Source: Rikenella microfusus (GTDB taxonomy: Bacteria > Bacteroidota > Bacteroidia > Bacteroidales > SZUA-534). From it: a DNA stretch of 37,200 nt. The stretch lies in the NCBI GenBank assembly GCA_020719105.1, contig DYQV01000001.1:1-37200 (forward strand), read 5' to 3'. The notes beneath the pieces are model-generated. The model made no database searches and was not told the DNA's origin. It saw only the letters and a list, made by a program, of their open reading frames with translations. Position numbers and translations under genes: made by a program. Below, one piece after another: positions 35,115-37,200 of this stretch; positions within the stretch are counted from its first letter, which is position 1, and every line of letters starts with the position of its first letter.

Positions 35115-37109
35115 ATGAAGGCTCGTTTTACAATTACTAATAAATTAATTTTGGGATTTGGTGTTCTGCTATTTGCAACACTTCTAAATGGTATTTTCAC
35201 CTATTCCACCTTGAATGAAAGCCAAGAATTAAACAATAAAATTCTTACTGTTTACAATCCATCCACAGCAAAGCTGCAGGATTTGACCACAATGGTTAAT
35301 AATTCATACATGCTTATAAAAAATTGGGTTTTCATTGAAAAACAATTGAACACACCTGATAAAAAGAAATTACAAGCCATCCATTCAAAAGATTTTCCAG
35401 CACTGAAGACGGAAATTAATGCACTGGCAAATTACTGGGAACCATCATTAAAAACAAGTATTGACTCCTTGCTTAATACCATTGAAACTTCATTGTTTGT
35501 TGAGCAAAAAAAAATAATGGATCTTTTAAACAGTTTTGAAAGTTATGATGATTTTATGATAATTGCTGAAACCGCTCCCATGGTAGAAGAAGGGGGTTCA
35601 ATTACTATTGAAATTTCAAGTTGCTTGGAATCTCTATCAAAAATTAAAAAAATAATGGATGATAAAGCCAAAGAAACTACACTTGAAATGAGTAACTCAT
35701 TCTGGTGGTTTCAGCGTTTTATATTAATAGCTGTTTTATTAATTACACTTTTTGTTATCGCTTCTGCATTGGTCACTACCCGGAGCATCGTATTTCCGAT
35801 ACTTAAATTGAAAGATTTTTTATTAACCATGGCACAAGGTATTTTACCTAAAGAAAAATTGAAAACTGCTAATGATGAAATTGGGGATATGAGCGATGCA
35901 ATGAACTTATACATTGAGAATATAAGAAAAACTTCGGAATTTGGAGTGGAGATTGGCAATGGAAATTACGACAGTAAATTTGAAGCACTCGGCCCGGAAG
36001 ATATGCTTGGAAATGCATTGTTGGAAATGCGTGCGAACTTAAAAAAATCGAAAGAATTATTTGAAGATTTGGCCAAAAGCGATGAAATAAGAAATTGGAT
36101 TACCAAAGGGCTGGCTGATTTTGGCGACATTTTGAGACAAAATTCAGATAATATGGATCGATTGGCTAAGAACGTTATGAATGAACTGATTGATTACGTT
36201 GGGGCAAATCAAGGAGCTATTTATATATTAAACGAATTGGACGAAAAAAACAAATTCTTTGAAATGAAATCGGCTATTGCTTATGGTAGAGAAAAATTTC
36301 TGAAAAAGAATTTTGAAATAAAAGAAGGCTTGGTTGGAAGGTGCGCTTTTGAAAAATTACCCGTCTATCTGACAGAATTACCAGATAATTACATCCAATT
36401 GACTTCAGGACTTGGTGGTGCTGAACCCAATTATTTGCTTTTAGTACCACTTATTATTGACGAAAATGTAATGGGGGTAATTGAAGTGGCATCGTTTAAA
36501 CCCATTGAAAAACACCAAATTGAATTTATTACATCGCTTGGACAAACCATAGCTTCCACTATTTCAAATGTCCGTATTAATGAACAAACCCGCTATTTAT
36601 TGGATGAATCAAAAATGCGGGGAGATGAATTGTCGGCACAGGAAGAAGAATTGAGACAAAACATGGAAGAACTTCAAGCAACTCAAGAAGAAGCAGCCCG
36701 TAGGGAGATGGAAATGATGAACACGATTGATGCCATAAACAATACGTTAGGTACCATTGAAATTGATCGGCATGGAAATATATCTTCCATTAACGACAAT
36801 TTTTTAAGCAGAACCCATTTGAATGCCAGTATTTTAATTGGCAAGTCGTTTCAGGAATTTTTTGCAGGCAATGAAACCTTAGAAACAGCCTTTTCCCAAA
36901 TTTGGTCGGGGCTGCATGCCGGTGAAAGTGGAACACTCGTTGTCAATTTTATTACCCCCGATGCCGAACTTTGGTTCAAACATACCTTTACCCCATTTAA
37001 AAACAAGGCTGGCGAATTGAACAAGGTAATTGACTTGGTTTTGGATATTACTACCCAACGGAATCTTGAGAAAGAAGTAGAAGACTACCGTTTAAATTCA
37101 ATCGGATAA
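35115..37109 (+). CDS. Membrane sensor protein: helical-bundle periplasmic domain - TM - HAMP - GAF - coiled coil - PAS, with no recognisable output domain
   Basis: TM1 is near aa 10-30 and TM2 near aa 200-222 (FILIAVLLITLFVIASALV). The HAMP-like segment is RSIVFPILKLKDFL...DEIGDMSDAMNLYIENI. The GAF-like core is GANQGAIYIL...LLLVPLIIDENVMGVIEVASF, the coiled coil is LSAQEEELRQNMEELQATQEEAARRE, and a PAS-like C-terminus follows. Confidence 0.8.
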   Translation: MKARFTITNKLILGFGVLLFATLLNGIFTYSTLNESQELNNKILTVYNPSTAKLQDLTTMVNNSYMLIKNWVFIEKQLNTPDKKKLQAIHSKDFPALKTEINALANYWEPSLKTSIDSLLNTIETSLFVEQKKIMDLLNSFESYDDFMIIAETAPMVEEGGSITIEISSCLESLSKIKKIMDDKAKETTLEMSNSFWWFQRFILIAVLLITLFVIASALVTTRSIVFPILKLKDFLLTMAQGILPKEKLKTANDEIGDMSDAMNLYIENIRKTSEFGVEIGNGNYDSKFEALGPEDMLGNALLEMRANLKKSKELFEDLAKSDEIRNWITKGLADFGDILRQNSDNMDRLAKNVMNELIDYVGANQGAIYILNELDEKNKFFEMKSAIAYGREKFLKKNFEIKEGLVGRCAFEKLPVYLTELPDNYIQLTSGLGGAEPNYLLLVPLIIDENVMGVIEVASFKPIEKHQIEFITSLGQTIASTISNVRINEQTRYLLDESKMRGDELSAQEEELRQNMEELQATQEEAARREMEMMNTIDAINNTLGTIEIDRHGNISSINDNFLSRTHLNASILIGKSFQEFFAGNETLETAFSQIWSGLHAGESGTLVVNFITPDAELWFKHTFTPFKNKAGELNKVIDLVLDITTQRNLEKEVEDYRLNSIG

Positions 37110-37150
37110 CCAGTCAGATAAATCGGCTTTTTTGTTACTTCTGTTGGGTG

Positions 37151-37200
37151 TTAACCCGGATTATTCATTAATAATCCTGACGATTAAGCTACACCTCAAT
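37151..37200. repeat. Right copy of the 50-bp perfect inverted repeat (partner 174-223), truncated by the window end
   Basis: ttaacccggattattcattaataatcctgacgattaagctacacctcaat is the exact reverse complement of 174-223. Confidence 0.95.

Overview
This is an AT-rich chromosomal segment that looks like Bacteroidota. The evidence is a T9SS C-terminal sorting domain on one large secreted protein, exact TAnnTTTG -7 promoter boxes 4-80 nt upstream of many start codons, and the purH-mreB-mreC-mreD-mrdA-rodA gene order. About 30 protein genes are supported, and almost all are core housekeeping. In order they are: a HisKA_3 histidine kinase with a LuxR-type response regulator, birA, an SRPBCC protein, pyrE, a Nudix hydrolase, a TlpA-like redoxin, coaD, a deoxynucleoside kinase, an S9A prolyl oligopeptidase, rpsO, pnp, acylphosphatase, an ABC-F ATPase, rodA, mrdA, mreD, mreC, mreB, purH, a Crp/Fnr regulator, rlmD and gapA. 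These are followed by a cell-surface block (T9SS cargo, putative outer-membrane protein, mini-lipoprotein, O-antigen-ligase/TPR protein), a nitroreductase, an Omp85-family barrel and a HAMP-GAF-PAS sensor. I saw no rRNA, tRNA, CRISPR array, prophage, transposase, recombinase or recognisable defence gene. I cannot honestly point to a convincing new multigene system, because the region is largely ordinary. The best leads are architectural or non-coding. (1) A perfect 50-bp inverted repeat brackets the window (174-223 vs 37151-37200) and is cut off by the window edge. (2) The left copy is embedded in a densely structured ~215-nt non-coding region. (3) A ~219-bp MITE-like insertion with perfect 9-bp direct repeats lies between pnp and acyP. 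(4) The pyrE and Nudix start codons overlap head-to-head, and the Nudix and redoxin genes overlap by 41 bp at their 3' ends. (5) A direct-repeat/palindrome/direct-repeat module lies upstream of coaD. (6) A 41-aa lipoprotein missing from the ORF track sits inside the Wzy_C-TPR / T9SS-cargo neighbourhood. All functional calls come from motif recognition by eye in the supplied translations; no database search was run.
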